The notes under the pieces were generated by a model. The model ran no database searches, was not told the DNA's origin, and worked only from the letters and a program-made list of their open reading frames with translations. From the human T2T-CHM13v2.0 reference genome, Homo sapiens, in the NCBI RefSeq assembly GCF_009914755.1, contig NC_060936.1: a stretch of 64,000 nt of DNA, one strand, 5' to 3'. A program made the translations under genes and the position numbers. The number at the start of each line of letters is the position of its first letter. Position 1 is the stretch's first letter. Positions 62,250 through 64,000 of this stretch are shown in pieces.

Positions 62250-62932
62250 TTTTTTATTTTTTTATTTTTTGTTAAGATGGTGTATTAATCAATTTTCAAA
62301 CTGCTGATAAAGACATACCCAAGACTGGGCAATTTACAAAAGAAAGAGGTTTAATGGACTTACAGTTCCTCTTGGTTGAGGAGGTGTCACAATCATGGTG
62401 GAAGGCAAGGAGAAGCAAGTCATGTCTTACATGGATGGCGGCAGGCAAAGAGAGAATGAGGAAGACAAAAGCAGAAACCCCTGACAAAACTATCAGATCT
62501 GGTGAGACTTATTCACTAGCACGAGAACAGTATGGGGGAAACCACTCCCATGATTCAATTATCTCCCAGTAGGTCCCTCCCACAACATGTGGGAATTATG
62601 GGAGTACAATTCAAGATGAGATTTGGGTGGAGACATGGCCAAACCATATCAGATAGGGTCTCGCCCTGTTATCCAAGCTGGAGTGCAGTGGTGCCATCAC
62701 AGCTCACTGTAGTCCTGAATTCCTGAATTCAAGCAATCCTCCCAGCTCAGCCTCCCAAGTAGCTGTGACTACAGGTGTGTGCCACCATGCCTGGCTAATC
62801 TTTTTGTATTTTTTGTAGAGACAGGGTCTTGCCATATTGCCCAGGTGGGTCTCAAACTCCTGGCTCAAGCATTCCTTCCACCTCAGCCTCCCAAAGTGCT
62901 AGGATTACAGGTGTGAGCCACCACACTTAGCC
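62250..62932 (-). mobile_element. AluJ interrupted by a THE1 solo LTR (62281-62651)
   Basis: Alu TSD tcagtctaac; THE1 TSD gat(g/a)g. Confidence 0.88.
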
Positions 62933-63299
62933 TCAGTCTAACCTTAATCAAGTCATGAACATTCTCAATATTCTTTATCTAAAGCTATTCAATCTCTCAA
63001 GGATCATTTGTCCTCCTCAATTATTACTCCTTCATCTACTCTAACCTCAGAAACACTCACTCCTTTCTCCTTTCCCTCTTCTTATCAATCTGCTTCTCCA
63101 ACCCCTTCCTGTCTCTCTCTCTGCTACGGCCTGGACCTCCTTGTCTACCCACTTCTCCCCAAACCTATAACTACTTTTCTGGCCCCCAGTTTCCTGTAGT
63201 TACTTGAGAAGTTGGCCCTACTCTCTTGGTACTCAGACCTCAAGGCCTCAAGGAAGGAAAGTTGAAGGATCTCAATTGCCCCTCCTCAATAAGTCATTT

Positions 63300-63900
63300 T
63301 AAACCATTGGTCTCTATCTGTCCTCTATAACAGAGGACTTCCCTGACCCATAAGAAAACAGAGACGTTTTCTACACAAATTAGGTTTAGGGGCATATTAT
63401 CTAGGGCTTCCAGAGATTTACCAACCATTCAAACTTGTTGTGGGTCCTGGAGATGCCTCCTTATCTAAGGCTAAATGGGCCCGAGTCAATGAAGACTTAT
63501 AATTAAATCAAAGTACACCCATCACCTATCATGAAGCTAAGTAAAGTAAAGATTCCTACCCTATGGCCTTGCTATCTAAAATAGACTGGTCAAAGTTTCA
63601 AGGGTGCAGATAATAAAGAGACAAATCAGTCTCTGATTATAGTCACTGCTTAAAAAACATTGGGAAGGTTCATTTGGGCCTATTCCTGATTGACTGCATG
63701 GTGTCTGATTAGGTACCAGCTTTGTTAATGGGTTTGGTGTGGTACTGAGAGAGGCTATTCAAAAACATCATATAAACTGGTAAAGTGCCTCTCTCTTTGA
63801 AATCCATGAACAGGCTGGTAAAATTAAATCTATATAATGCAAACTCATGGCTCATGGCTTTTCAACTTAAACAACTTGAGAAAAGTTGAAAGTTAGAGAA
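63300..63900 (+). mobile_element. Decayed ERV1 (MER4-group-like) gag remnant
   Basis: 63389-63457 GAYYLGLPEIYQPFKLVVGPGDA; 63578-63663 KIDWSKFQGCR**RDKSVSDYSHCLKNIW, resembling the gag major homology region; in-frame stops. Confidence 0.6.
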
Positions 63901-64000
63901 GACTACCAGAAAGCACAAACCTTAAGATGAAGGAATGATGCAAAAAAACAATGAAAATTTCTGTCCCAAGACTTGGAATAAGGTTTGACTTTATAAAATT

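Overview
Primate (almost certainly human) genomic DNA, not prokaryotic. The first ~13 kb hold the last three coding exons of the deubiquitinase USP15 on the + strand (3080-3183, 7972-8060, 10970-11152, including the His-box His and Asp of the catalytic triad) and a 3'UTR with several AATAAA signals. The remaining ~51 kb contain no recognisable gene. They are dominated by nested transposable elements: about 30 Alus, L1PA/L1PB/L1M LINEs, L2, MIR, a near full-length Tigger1, MaLR/ERVL/ERV1 LTRs and a decayed ERV1 gag. Nearly all ORFs in the track are repeat-derived. I found no convincing new multi-gene system. The best leads are: an in-frame cryptic acceptor 21 nt upstream of the USP15 penultimate exon that would break the His box; a CpG-retaining structured block in the USP15 3'UTR; a CpG-preserving ancient L1 5' end with a nearby strong CTCF motif; and several rearrangement scars readable from the sequence (an Alu-Alu micro-inversion with swapped TSDs, a twin-primed L1, an 87-bp target duplication, a two-template local insertion, and a tailless 5S rRNA retrocopy). 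Repeat subfamily names and boundaries come from recalled consensus sequences and are approximate.
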